From: an uncultured Candidatus Binatia bacterium
GTDB taxonomy: Bacteria > Desulfobacterota > Binatia > UBA9968 > CAXXLF01
Direction of reading: 5' to 3'
NCBI GenBank assembly: GCA_965218425.1
Contig: OZ244621.1
Location: 3,104,001 to 3,168,000 of the forward strand
Length of the DNA stretch: 64,000 nt
Position numbers and translations under genes: made by a program. This document shows positions 48,527 to 57,398 of this stretch, in pieces (positions within the stretch are counted from its first letter, which is position 1; every line of letters begins with the position of its first letter). Below the pieces are notes generated by a model. The model did no database searches. It had not been told where the DNA came from and saw nothing but the letters and a program-made list of their open reading frames with translations.

Positions 48527-49924
48527 GTGAACCTTGCAAAAACGGTAGGCGAGCTCAGGAAGAACGGAGCCCCAATACTGACGGTGAATCAGGAGATGCG
48601 GAAAAATTTTGTTCGGCATCTGGAGTCGGGCGAAAGGATCTTACCTGGTATTGTCGGGTATGATGATACCGTCATCCCGGAAATCGAGAATGCGATCCTT
48701 TCAGGACACCACATGGTCATCCTGGGTGAAAGGGGACAGGCAAAGTCACGCATTATTCGAAGCCTGGTTTCACTTCTAGATGAGCGCATTCCCATTGTCC
48801 AAAGTTGCGAGATAAACGATAACCCATTGGCACCCATCTGTCGTGTTTGCCGGCGGCGGATCGAAAAAGAAGGAGATAACACACCCATTGAATGGGTGGA
48901 CCGAGACCACAGATACGGTGAAAAGCTCGCCACGCCGGATGTTTCCATCGCCGACCTGGTTGGTGAGATTGATCCGATCAAAGTGGCGGAAGGGCGATAC
49001 CTCGCAGACGAGGAAACCATTCATTACGGATTAATCCCCCGTACCAATCGGGGTATCTTTGCCATCAATGAGCTTCCCGATCTCACCGAAAAGGTCCAAG
49101 TGGGACTTTTCAATCTCATGGAAGAGAGAGACGTTCAGATCAAGGGTTACAAGATCCGGTTGCCGTTGGATGTTATCATAGTGGCCAGTGCCAACCCGGA
49201 GGATTATACCAGCCGGGGAAGAATCATCACCCCCTTGAAAGACCGCTTTGACGTCCAGATCCGTACCCACTATCCACAGACAATGAAGGATGAGATTGTC
49301 ATCATGGAACAGGAGGCGGCTCCTCTGAGCCTTCGCAGCCAGTCCGTCCGGGTACCGGATTTCATGAAAGAGATTGTGGCCCAGTTGACCTTTGAAGCCC
49401 GCAAGTCGAGTGAAATCAATCAGGCCTCGGGGGTTAGTGTCAGAATGACCATCAATAACTATGAGAGTATGATCAGTAATGCGGAAAAAAGAGTCTTGCG
49501 TCTCAGGGAAAAAGAGGTGGTGCCCCGGGTGAGCGATCTTCACGCCATGCTGGCTTCCACGTGCGGCAAGGTTGAAGTAGAATATATTGGAGAGGACAGG
49601 AGAGAGGACGAATTGGTAGAAAAGCTTGTGAATCGGGCCATAATGAAGGCTTTTGACGACCATTTTAGTGTGAACTCCTGCCAAAAGATCATTGAATACT
49701 TTAACTCGGGCTGGGGGGTGGAAGTTTCAGATGATATGGCTTCGGAAGACTACATGGAGGGCATCAAGGAGATCCCGGGTCTGGAGGAGACCATTCGTTC
49801 CCTTGGCGACCTGGAATCGCCGGCTCTTCTGGCTTCCGCCACAGAGTTTGTTTTAGAGGGACTTCACTTGCATCAAAAGTTGAACAAGGAAGTAAAGGGA
49901 GGAAGAATAACCTACGGAAAGTAG
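48527..49924 (+). CDS. Mg-chelatase/MoxR-like AAA+ ATPase
   Basis: Variant Walker A GERGQAKS, INELPDL, ANPEDYT.RG, LKDRF; GTG start after GGGAGG. Confidence 0.85.
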   Translation: MNLAKTVGELRKNGAPILTVNQEMRKNFVRHLESGERILPGIVGYDDTVIPEIENAILSGHHMVILGERGQAKSRIIRSLVSLLDERIPIVQSCEINDNPLAPICRVCRRRIEKEGDNTPIEWVDRDHRYGEKLATPDVSIADLVGEIDPIKVAEGRYLADEETIHYGLIPRTNRGIFAINELPDLTEKVQVGLFNLMEERDVQIKGYKIRLPLDVIIVASANPEDYTSRGRIITPLKDRFDVQIRTHYPQTMKDEIVIMEQEAAPLSLRSQSVRVPDFMKEIVAQLTFEARKSSEINQASGVSVRMTINNYESMISNAEKRVLRLREKEVVPRVSDLHAMLASTCGKVEVEYIGEDRREDELVEKLVNRAIMKAFDDHFSVNSCQKIIEYFNSGWGVEVSDDMASEDYMEGIKEIPGLEETIRSLGDLESPALLASATEFVLEGLHLHQKLNKEVKGGRITYGK

Positions 49925-50005
49925 GGAAGGGGTGACAGAGATAGAGACAGGGACAGAATAGACGGTGATCTTTGACTGAACCCTCTGTCTCTGTCTGATA
50001 CACTT

Positions 50006-51598
50006 ATGCCTCATATCCGATACAGCCAATGGGTCGACACGGGAGCCCCGGCGCAATCAGCCGAGCATATATTTGAGGGGCTTAACGAGCATCTGAATAA
50101 TACCGGGGATCTTCAGCAGGCCATGCGGCGGCTCATTCAGCGGGGTATGGGTGAGGGTGAAGAGCGTGTAAGCGGTCTTGACGACTTGCTGTCAAAGGTG
50201 GCCCGGGAAATGAGACGGCTCTACGAGCGTTATCAGCTCCGCTCGGCCTTGGATCAGGTTGCTGAGAGGCTGGAGTCCATCGTCAAGCAAGAGAAACAGG
50301 CCCTGGCGGAGCAGGGAGAAGGGGCGCCCCAAGCCGGCGAGAAGGAGAAGTTTCTCGATCAACTGTCACGTCGCCCAAGTGAAGCCATTGAATCCCTCGC
50401 GTCCTATGAATTTGAAGATGAACAGGCTCGCTCCGAGTTCGAAGAGCTCCATCGTCAGCTGGATGAGATCAAACGATTGGAGCAATATACATGGCGTGAG
50501 GGTAACATATTTAGGGGAGGAACCCCTTTGGATTTGAAGGAGGCTTCGAAACTCCTGGAACGGATGGAAGGCCTACGCCAGCTTGAGAGCCAGCTTTCCA
50601 GCAACAACATGAAGGATATGAACGTCGATATGTTGCGATCGTTGTTAGGTGAGGATGCGGGACAGGAATTTGAGGGGTTGGCTCGATTGGAGTCCCTCCT
50701 GGAGGAGAGCGGGTATGTGATGGAGCGAGGGGGCCACTACGAATTGACACCCCGCGGGGTGCGAAAAATCGGTCAGATGGCCCTTAGGGACATTTATAAG
50801 CAGTTGACTCGTGATGGCATGGGCCGCCATATCATGCGTCGCCGGGGCGCTCAGGACCAGCGAATGGATGAAAGCCGTCCCTATGCCTACGGAGATTCCT
50901 TTGACCTCCATATGCTTCAAACCCTCAAGAACGCTCTGCTTCGGCAGGGGGGGATGCCTTTGCGCCTCCATCCAAACGATTTTTCGGTTTATGAATCTGA
51001 TTATGGGACAAGGGCGGCAACGGTGCTGCTTTTGGACATGAGCTGGTCCATGAGTTGGGAAGGTAGGTTCACTGCAGCCAAGAAGGTTGCCCTGGCAATG
51101 GAGAGCTTGAGTCGTTCCCTATACCCTCGCGATTATTTCGGTATTGTAGGATTTTTTACTCGAGCCATCGAACTGAAGCCCAAGGATCTTCCCGAGGCGA
51201 GTTGGAATATGGGAGATCCTTTCACCAATCTCCAGGACGGGTTGCACCTTGCGTCCGAGCTGCTGGATAAAAAACGCAGTCATAACCAACAAATGATTGT
51301 GATTACGGATGGTCAACCCACGGCCTATTGTCGCCAGGGGCGGCTTTACTGTGAGTGGCCATTGAGTTTCGGAGGCATCAGTCAGAGGGCTGCGGAGGAA
51401 ACCCTCAAAGAGGCAGAGCGTATCACACGAAAGGGTATCACCATTAACACCTTCATGTTGGATGACAGTCCGGTATTGAAGGAGTTCGTGGAGGGTATGA
51501 CTCGTCTCAATAAAGGCCGAGCCTTTTATACTCGGCCGGACCATCTGGGACAATACCTCCTGGTGGACTACTTTTCCCGCATTCGAAAACGGGTCTAA
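50006..51598 (+). CDS. VWA domain protein
   Basis: Coiled-coil N-terminus, LTPRG, MIDAS DMSWS, T, ITDG. Confidence 0.85.
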   Translation: MPHIRYSQWVDTGAPAQSAEHIFEGLNEHLNNTGDLQQAMRRLIQRGMGEGEERVSGLDDLLSKVAREMRRLYERYQLRSALDQVAERLESIVKQEKQALAEQGEGAPQAGEKEKFLDQLSRRPSEAIESLASYEFEDEQARSEFEELHRQLDEIKRLEQYTWREGNIFRGGTPLDLKEASKLLERMEGLRQLESQLSSNNMKDMNVDMLRSLLGEDAGQEFEGLARLESLLEESGYVMERGGHYELTPRGVRKIGQMALRDIYKQLTRDGMGRHIMRRRGAQDQRMDESRPYAYGDSFDLHMLQTLKNALLRQGGMPLRLHPNDFSVYESDYGTRAATVLLLDMSWSMSWEGRFTAAKKVALAMESLSRSLYPRDYFGIVGFFTRAIELKPKDLPEASWNMGDPFTNLQDGLHLASELLDKKRSHNQQMIVITDGQPTAYCRQGRLYCEWPLSFGGISQRAAEETLKEAERITRKGITINTFMLDDSPVLKEFVEGMTRLNKGRAFYTRPDHLGQYLLVDYFSRIRKRV

Positions 51599-51613
51599 TA
51601 ACACCTTAGAAGA

Positions 51614-51640
51614 TCCCCGGATGTGAGTCCGGGGAAATTT
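51614..51640 (+). terminator. Hairpin after the VWA gene (possible intrinsic terminator)
   Basis: TCCCCGGA-tgtgag-TCCGGGGA followed by AATTT; weak U-tract. Confidence 0.45.
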
Positions 51641-51915
51641 ACTTAAGATTCGGTTTCGGCGTGGTGAATCTGACGATGAGAAGAGTGGTCCTAGCCGCCA
51701 GCCAGTTTCCTGGGTATCTGTTGCGACGTGGTTTCATCACGTCTCCCACTATCCTAGGTTGCCGGGACACTGGAGCTTTATAACTAGGAAGATGCGTGAT
51801 CTCCCCGGCGAGGAGGCGACTCTATCAATTTCGTTTGTGGGCTATAACCCCTATGGAATAACTTATCGGTGGAAACCACTCAACTCAGTTGAGAAGAATG
51901 TGACTCAGAGTGCGA

Positions 51916-52776
51916 TCAGGCGAAGGATCCTCTAGCCATGGCCTCCAGGCGTGCGATGCGTTCTTTCATGGGAGGGTGGGTGCTGAACAAAGAACGCAGG
52001 CCGCCGCCCGTTAGAGGGTTCACAATGAACATATGGGCTGTTGCCTCAGCGGTTGACTCGTTGACTTGAAGGGGGATTCTCTCAGAGGCGGCCTGCAGTT
52101 TGTGCAGGGCGCTTGCCAGGGCCAGGGGATCGCCGCAAATCTTGGCCCCTCCTGTATCCGCACCATACTCTCGAGAACGAGAAACGGCCATCTGTATAAT
52201 CATTGCTGCGAGAGGGGCGACGATCATCATGACCACAAGTCCAAAGATGTTTCCTCCCCGATCCCGGTCGTGTCCGCCGAAGATCATGGCCCATTGAGCC
52301 ATCCAGGCCAGATAGCTTATGGCCCCAGCTAACGTGGCTGCGATTGTAGACACTAAAATGTCACGATTTTTCACATGGGCTAGCTCGTGTCCAAGGACTC
52401 CCGCCAATTCCTTTTTGGTGAGGATACGTCGTATTCCGACGGTTACGGCAACGGCGGCGTGCTCCGGATTGCGGCCTGTGGCAAAAGCGTTGGGCGTTTC
52501 TTGAGGAATGACGAAGACCTTAGGCATGGGGAGTCCGCCCCTTTGAGCCAGATCCTGCACGAGACCGTAAAGCTCAGGATCATTTTGAGGACCAATTTCC
52601 TGAGCCCTGTACATGGCTATGACGACCCTGTCGCTATACCAGTAGCTGAAAAAGTTCATGGCCCCGGCAAAAATCAGCGCGATGACCGCCCCCTGGGTGC
52701 CCCCCAACATATCGCCACCCCAAACGAGCAGGGCGGTCAAGGCTCCCAAAAGAACAGTGGTTCGAAGTGTATTCAT
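51916..52776 (-). CDS. htpX: Zinc metalloprotease HtpX
   Basis: [30 protein letters not shown]. Confidence 0.96.
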   Translation of the reverse strand: MNTLRTTVLLGALTALLVWGGDMLGGTQGAVIALIFAGAMNFFSYWYSDRVVIAMYRAQEIGPQNDPELYGLVQDLAQRGGLPMPKVFVIPQETPNAFATGRNPEHAAVAVTVGIRRILTKKELAGVLGHELAHVKNRDILVSTIAATLAGAISYLAWMAQWAMIFGGHDRDRGGNIFGLVVMMIVAPLAAMIIQMAVSRSREYGADTGGAKICGDPLALASALHKLQAASERIPLQVNESTAEATAHMFIVNPLTGGGLRSLFSTHPPMKERIARLEAMARGSFA

Positions 52777-52809
52777 TGATTCACTCCCTTTTTAGATGTG
52801 ACATTGTAC

Positions 52810-52837
52810 AATTTAAGGCGTCGTTTGTTTATGTCAA
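52810..52837 (-). promoter_or_regulatory. Candidate htpX promoter
   Basis: TTGACA-N16-TAAATT on the minus strand, upstream of RBS GGGAG. Confidence 0.45.
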
Positions 52838-52934
52838 CGGGGGGATGTCTATAGTGCGAAAAGTCCGGTCCCGTGAGTTGAGAACCCCAGTGCCGGCAAA
52901 GCACTGAGCCTGGTCCTGTGATTGCTCCGCCTCA

Positions 52935-53082
52935 TAGGCCAGTGAATATCTGAAACAGCACGTTCGATGCCCACGGCCTTACGTCTCGCTTCCCAGCGTC
53001 GTCTTGCGGATTGGGGCAAGGAGGGCTTGTAAGGAAATATGAAGAACGAGCGAGGATCGGGGGAGGGAAACAAAGCGAGACG
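52935..53082 (+). repeat. Dispersed structured repeat, copy 3 (diverged)
   Basis: TAGGCCAGTGAATATCTGAAACAGCACGTTCGATGCCCAC..CCTTACGTCTCGCT; CGTCTCGCTT (52982-52991) pairs perfectly with AAGCGAGACG (53073-53082). Confidence 0.8.
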
Positions 53083-53084
53083 CG

Positions 53085-54119
53085 TTACGGCAGGGTATTT
53101 TGTTCCACTGCCGCAATGAGTTCCTTTAAGTATTCCTCTTGCTCCTTGGCTTGATAAACGGCCAGCGAACCGTCTTGCCTCAGGGGAATCCCTCCGTAAA
53201 AATGGAAGAGATGGCCGTCCCAGTCGAAAAAGTCGTCTCCTCGTTTGTATGCCTTCTTCCACTTTACACCCACTGGGCTTGGATGCAGGGCCGTTCTCGC
53301 CGGCAAAGCGTTTTCCTCTTCTAGCGGTAAGGCAAGCTTTTCTTTCGTGTCCTTTTCTTCCGGGAGTCCTTCCCACATGCGCCGGTAATTAGAGAAAAAC
53401 TCGTCGTACCGAACCGTAAGGGCGGTATGCATATCCCACCAGGGCCTATGTCCGGCAATGCGCTGGTCCACTTTGTCCACGAGCTTGTAAACGATCCGCG
53501 CACCACCCAATAGACGTAGGACGAGGGTGTTCTCTGGGACATCCGGACTATCCAATTGGCTCAGGGCACAGTATTTTTTGAAAAAGGACGCGGTGCGTTC
53601 CAAATCCCGTGACCCATAGACAGCGTGGCTAATTCTACCCACTTTGGCTGGAGTGGAGGCTTCCATGGCACCGTCGGGCATATGCACGGGTGCCCAGAAT
53701 TCGTACTGGTTCCCATCGGGGTCCTGAAAGTATACGGTGGCACCCTCATCGCCTTCGGTAGTTACGCGAATGGGATTGGAATGGGGGATGTCATGCTGCT
53801 CCAGTCTTTTTAAGTGCTCCTCTATCTCCTCGGGGCGAATAAAGAAACCGTATCGGGGTGTTTCCTGTCCCAGTTCTTTGCTGGGAGGAAAGGTTTCCGA
53901 CTGAAGAAACGCTCCCAGACGGCAGGATCCGTTCCCGAAGGGAAGAAAACAAAAGATTGGCAGGTTTCTTTTGCGTGCCTCAGTGGTCAGCAAGGAAATT
54001 GGCTGACGCGGAACGCCGGTGGCATGGATTGCCCAATCCACCCAGGCGGACATGTCGTTGGTCCCGACGGCGAAATGGTCGATCCAATGCGGAGCCCAAC
54101 GGGGATTTTCGTCTGCCAT
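53085..54119 (-). CDS. Two-domain VOC (glyoxalase/extradiol dioxygenase fold) protein
   Basis: IDHFAV, YFQDPDGNQYEF, ISHAVY..RDLER, FFDWDGHLFH; ATG at 54119 after GGGAGG. Confidence 0.8.
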   Translation of the reverse strand: MADENPRWAPHWIDHFAVGTNDMSAWVDWAIHATGVPRQPISLLTTEARKRNLPIFCFLPFGNGSCRLGAFLQSETFPPSKELGQETPRYGFFIRPEEIEEHLKRLEQHDIPHSNPIRVTTEGDEGATVYFQDPDGNQYEFWAPVHMPDGAMEASTPAKVGRISHAVYGSRDLERTASFFKKYCALSQLDSPDVPENTLVLRLLGGARIVYKLVDKVDQRIAGHRPWWDMHTALTVRYDEFFSNYRRMWEGLPEEKDTKEKLALPLEEENALPARTALHPSPVGVKWKKAYKRGDDFFDWDGHLFHFYGGIPLRQDGSLAVYQAKEQEEYLKELIAAVEQNTLP

Positions 54120-54236
54120 ATCTTTTCCTCCCATCGTTAATCGGCACCAAAAGAACTTAAGAACGTTACTCAGTCCTAAACAATCCGTAAGGTATCAATG
54201 AATGCCCCAAGTTGTCAATCGACGGGAACGTTTTGC

Positions 54237-54265
54237 TTGACTTCGTTTCCCTCGCTCTTTATCAT
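54237..54265 (+). promoter_or_regulatory. Candidate sigma70 promoter for the merR-mutS operon
   Basis: TTGACT-N17-TATCAT. Confidence 0.55.
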
Positions 54266-54298
54266 CGTGGAAACACGTTTGTTTTCATCTTTAATCCC

Positions 54299-54789
54299 AT
54301 GAAATACTTTAACAATAAGACGGTCTCACGCATTGCGGAGGTGTCGCTTAGGCGGATCCAGTATTGGGACGAACAGGGATTTATCCGTTCCACCATTTAG
54401 ACAGGCCACTGGGAGAGGGGTCAAAACGGTTATGCTCCTTTTCTGACCCGGTAAAGCTGAAGGTGGTAAAAAACCTATCCGGTCACGGGCTTAGCCTGCA
54501 AGGGATCCGCTCGTGTCTACAACACCTAAGCGAGTATTCACGGACAGGGTGGCGTATTGCCGATTCCCTCAAATTCCTCACTGAGGGGAAGAATCTCTTT
54601 GTTCTAACGGATGACGGCAAGACGATCCTTGGCACCCTCAATAGGGAATTCGTATTTTCACTGGCCATCGGAAATTTAGTGCGGGAACTGAATGGTGAAG
54701 TCCGACGTCTTGAAATGAATGAGAAATCACAAGCCCATTCATCATTTACTCCACCTAGGCGTGTGGTTGCGTCGAGACCTAGAGGTTAG
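54299..54789 (+). pseudogene. Frameshifted MerR-family transcriptional regulator
   Basis: MKYFNNKTVSRIAEVSLRRIQYWDEQGFI stops at 54400; continues after two +1 shifts as RQATGRG-SKRLCSFSD..KLKVVKNL..HGLSLQGIR. Confidence 0.8.
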
Positions 54790-54793
54790 TGAA

Positions 54794-57394
54794 GTGGATC
54801 AAGTCAAAGTCAGCCCGATGATTCGGCAGTACCTGCAGATTAAAGAAAAGCACCAGGATGCCATCCTGTTTTTCCGCCTGGGTGATTTTTACGAAATGTT
54901 CTTTGAGGACGCTGAGAAGGCATCGAAGCTATTGGATATTGCGCTCACCTCGCGAAATCGAAACGAGGAGTCGTCAGTACCCCTTTGCGGTGTTCCCCAT
55001 CATGCCGCCACACCGTACATCGGAAAATTACTGGAGGCGGGGTACAAGGTAGCGGTCTGTGAACAGGTGGAGGATCCCAAGACGGCAAAGGGTGTGGTTC
55101 AAAGGGAAGTGGTCAGAGTCATTACCCCAGGTACCATTACGGACGGTAAGTCTTTGGACAGGAGCGACAATAACTTTCTCCTGGCGCTGTCCAAAGGCGG
55201 CAACGATTTTGGCCTGGCCTTTACCGATGTGACCACGGGCGAATTTCGCTTTACCCAGCTCGCTGATTACCCTTCTCTCCTGGACGAGGTGCTGCGGGTT
55301 CATCCACGTGAAATCATCATCCATGAGGAGGATACATCTTTTGCTGAAAAGCTCAGAAACGATCTGGGTGACGTTCACCTCAGCCTCGTGGCGGGATCCA
55401 TCTATACCCAGGGAGCCACAGAGCGTCTTCAGTCCATGGGGGTCTGGGCCGACGGGTCGAGCGAAGAGTGGGACCAAGGCCTCCAGGCGGCCGGCGCCAT
55501 CGTTTCCTTCCTGGAGCAAAATCTGTCCGAGGCCCTCAAGGGGCTTGGCAACTTGGAGCCTTACCGCGCATCTCAGTTTATGATGCTCGACGATACCAGC
55601 AGGCACAATCTCGAACTCCTGTCGGACTACCAAGGGCAGAGGCAGGGATCCCTGCTTGGAGTCCTGGACCATACCCTGACTCCAATGGGGGCCAGACACT
55701 TGCGACGATGGATCCTGTACCCCCTGCTGGACGAGCTGGCTATCCGCGAGCGTCAAGACGGCGTTGAAGACTTAGTAGAAGACTATAAGGGTCGTCAGGA
55801 CCTCAGAGGGTGCCTTAAAGGCTTGCAGGATCTGGAGCGATTGGCAGGGAGAATTGTTGCCGGCAGTGCAAACCCAAGGGACCTCGTGGCGGTAAAGGAA
55901 ACCCTACGTGCCCTCAACCCCATTAGCGGAAAGTTGCAAGGATACCGTGCGGAGATTTTTGGCCGAATCGGACAGGATCTCTGGGATCTACCCGAAGTGG
56001 TGGATCTCGTGGAACGGGCCATTGTAGATGATCCCCGTCCCTATCTGAAGGATGGAGGAGTCATTCGAGCCGGGTTCAATGCTGAACTGGACGAGTTGAG
56101 GGGGATCCGAGGTGACGCGAGGAATTGGATCGCCTTGTTGCAAAATCAGGAACGCAAACGTACGGGTATCAACACATTGAAAGTAGGGTACAATAAGGTC
56201 TTTGGTTATTACATCGAGGTGACCAACGCTAACCTGAAGTTGGTTCCATCCGATTACCTTCGCAAGCAAACCCTCACCAATGGAGAGCGATATATAACAC
56301 CTGAGCTCAAGGAATATGAGGCCAAGATCCTCGGTTCTGAGGAAGAAATTCAAAAGCTGGAGAATTCGGTCTTCGGCGAGATCCGAGAAAAGGTCGCTTC
56401 CCACTACGAAAAAATGAAACAGGCCAGCCTTGCTTTGGCCAGGCTCGATGTCTTGGTGTCCTTAGCGGAAGCGGCCCATTCCTGTCATTTCGTGCGGCCG
56501 AAAGTGGATTCTGGGTTCACCCTATCCATTCGTGAAGGGCGTCACCCGGTGGTGGAAGCCGTCCGGGGTCGCGGGGCATTTGTTCCCAATGATTGTCTGC
56601 TGGATTGCGAATCTCATCAGATCCTAATTCTCACGGGGCCCAACATGGTGGGAAAATCAACCTATATGCGCCAGGTGGCCCTGATTGTGCTCCTGGCACA
56701 GATGGGAAGCTTTGTCCCAGCGGCTGAAGCTAGGATCGGGCTGGTGGATCGGCTTTTCACCAGGATCGGCGCGGCGGATGCGCTGGCCCGCGGAGAGTCA
56801 ACCTTCATGGTGGAAATGAGGGAGACCGCACGAATCCTTCAGCAGGCCACCCCCAGGAGCCTGATTCTGTTGGATGAGGTGGGTCGTGGAACCAGTACAT
56901 TCGACGGCATTTCCATTGCCTGGTCCGTAGCGGAATACCTTCATGGGGTTCACCATCGCCCCCGGACCCTGTTTGCTACCCATTATCATGAGCTGGCCGA
57001 TCTGGCTTTGACCCAGGAACGGGTGAGGAACTTTAGCTTTGCAGTGAAAGAGTGGAAGGGAGATGTCATATTCTTACGTAGCCTCGTGGAGGGAGCTTCC
57101 AGTCACAGTTACGGCATCCATGTGGCTAGTCTTGCCGGTCTCCCGCATTCGGTGGTCCAACGGGCCAAGGATATCCTGAACAACCTCGAAGGAGAGGAGC
57201 TGGACGGGGGTGGCCGACCAAGGTTAGCAGGTCCCTCCAGCGGGAATGATCAATCCCAAATGGTGCTATTTGCACCTTCGGACTCTATGCTACGCGAGGA
57301 GTTGAAGCGGGTCGATGTGTCGGTACTGACTCCGGTTGAGGCGCTGAATCTTCTCAATCGGTTGGTGGAAGAGGCAAAGAAAGACAGCCGGTAG
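54794..57394 (+). CDS. mutS: DNA mismatch repair protein MutS
   Basis: SPMIRQY, GDFYEMF, GPNMVGKST, STFMVEM, DEVGRGTST, ATHYHEL. Confidence 0.97.
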   Translation: MDQVKVSPMIRQYLQIKEKHQDAILFFRLGDFYEMFFEDAEKASKLLDIALTSRNRNEESSVPLCGVPHHAATPYIGKLLEAGYKVAVCEQVEDPKTAKGVVQREVVRVITPGTITDGKSLDRSDNNFLLALSKGGNDFGLAFTDVTTGEFRFTQLADYPSLLDEVLRVHPREIIIHEEDTSFAEKLRNDLGDVHLSLVAGSIYTQGATERLQSMGVWADGSSEEWDQGLQAAGAIVSFLEQNLSEALKGLGNLEPYRASQFMMLDDTSRHNLELLSDYQGQRQGSLLGVLDHTLTPMGARHLRRWILYPLLDELAIRERQDGVEDLVEDYKGRQDLRGCLKGLQDLERLAGRIVAGSANPRDLVAVKETLRALNPISGKLQGYRAEIFGRIGQDLWDLPEVVDLVERAIVDDPRPYLKDGGVIRAGFNAELDELRGIRGDARNWIALLQNQERKRTGINTLKVGYNKVFGYYIEVTNANLKLVPSDYLRKQTLTNGERYITPELKEYEAKILGSEEEIQKLENSVFGEIREKVASHYEKMKQASLALARLDVLVSLAEAAHSCHFVRPKVDSGFTLSIREGRHPVVEAVRGRGAFVPNDCLLDCESHQILILTGPNMVGKSTYMRQVALIVLLAQMGSFVPAAEARIGLVDRLFTRIGAADALARGESTFMVEMRETARILQQATPRSLILLDEVGRGTSTFDGISIAWSVAEYLHGVHHRPRTLFATHYHELADLALTQERVRNFSFAVKEWKGDVIFLRSLVEGASSHSYGIHVASLAGLPHSVVQRAKDILNNLEGEELDGGGRPRLAGPSSGNDQSQMVLFAPSDSMLREELKRVDVSVLTPVEALNLLNRLVEEAKKDSR

Positions 57395-57398
57395 CGAG

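Noticed and set aside
49934..49995. Degenerate GACAGA hexamer run with a complementary TCTGTC pair
   Set aside because: Only four imperfect units; too short to call a VNTR or phase-variable tract.
51641..51915. Long intergenic gap considered for 6S RNA, tmRNA or SRP RNA
   Set aside because: No tRNA-like ends, SRP loop motif or end-to-end pairing was recognisable by eye; an Rfam scan would be decisive.
52858..52868. GAAAAGTCCGG resembling the RNase P RNA 5' conserved motif
   Set aside because: The other universally conserved RNase P segments are absent, and the region is occupied by repeat copy 3.
55028..55756. Long antisense ORFs (also 49031..49684, 59825..60469 and 60572..61270)
   Set aside because: Each is fully overlapped by a well-supported plus-strand gene; typical shadow frames.
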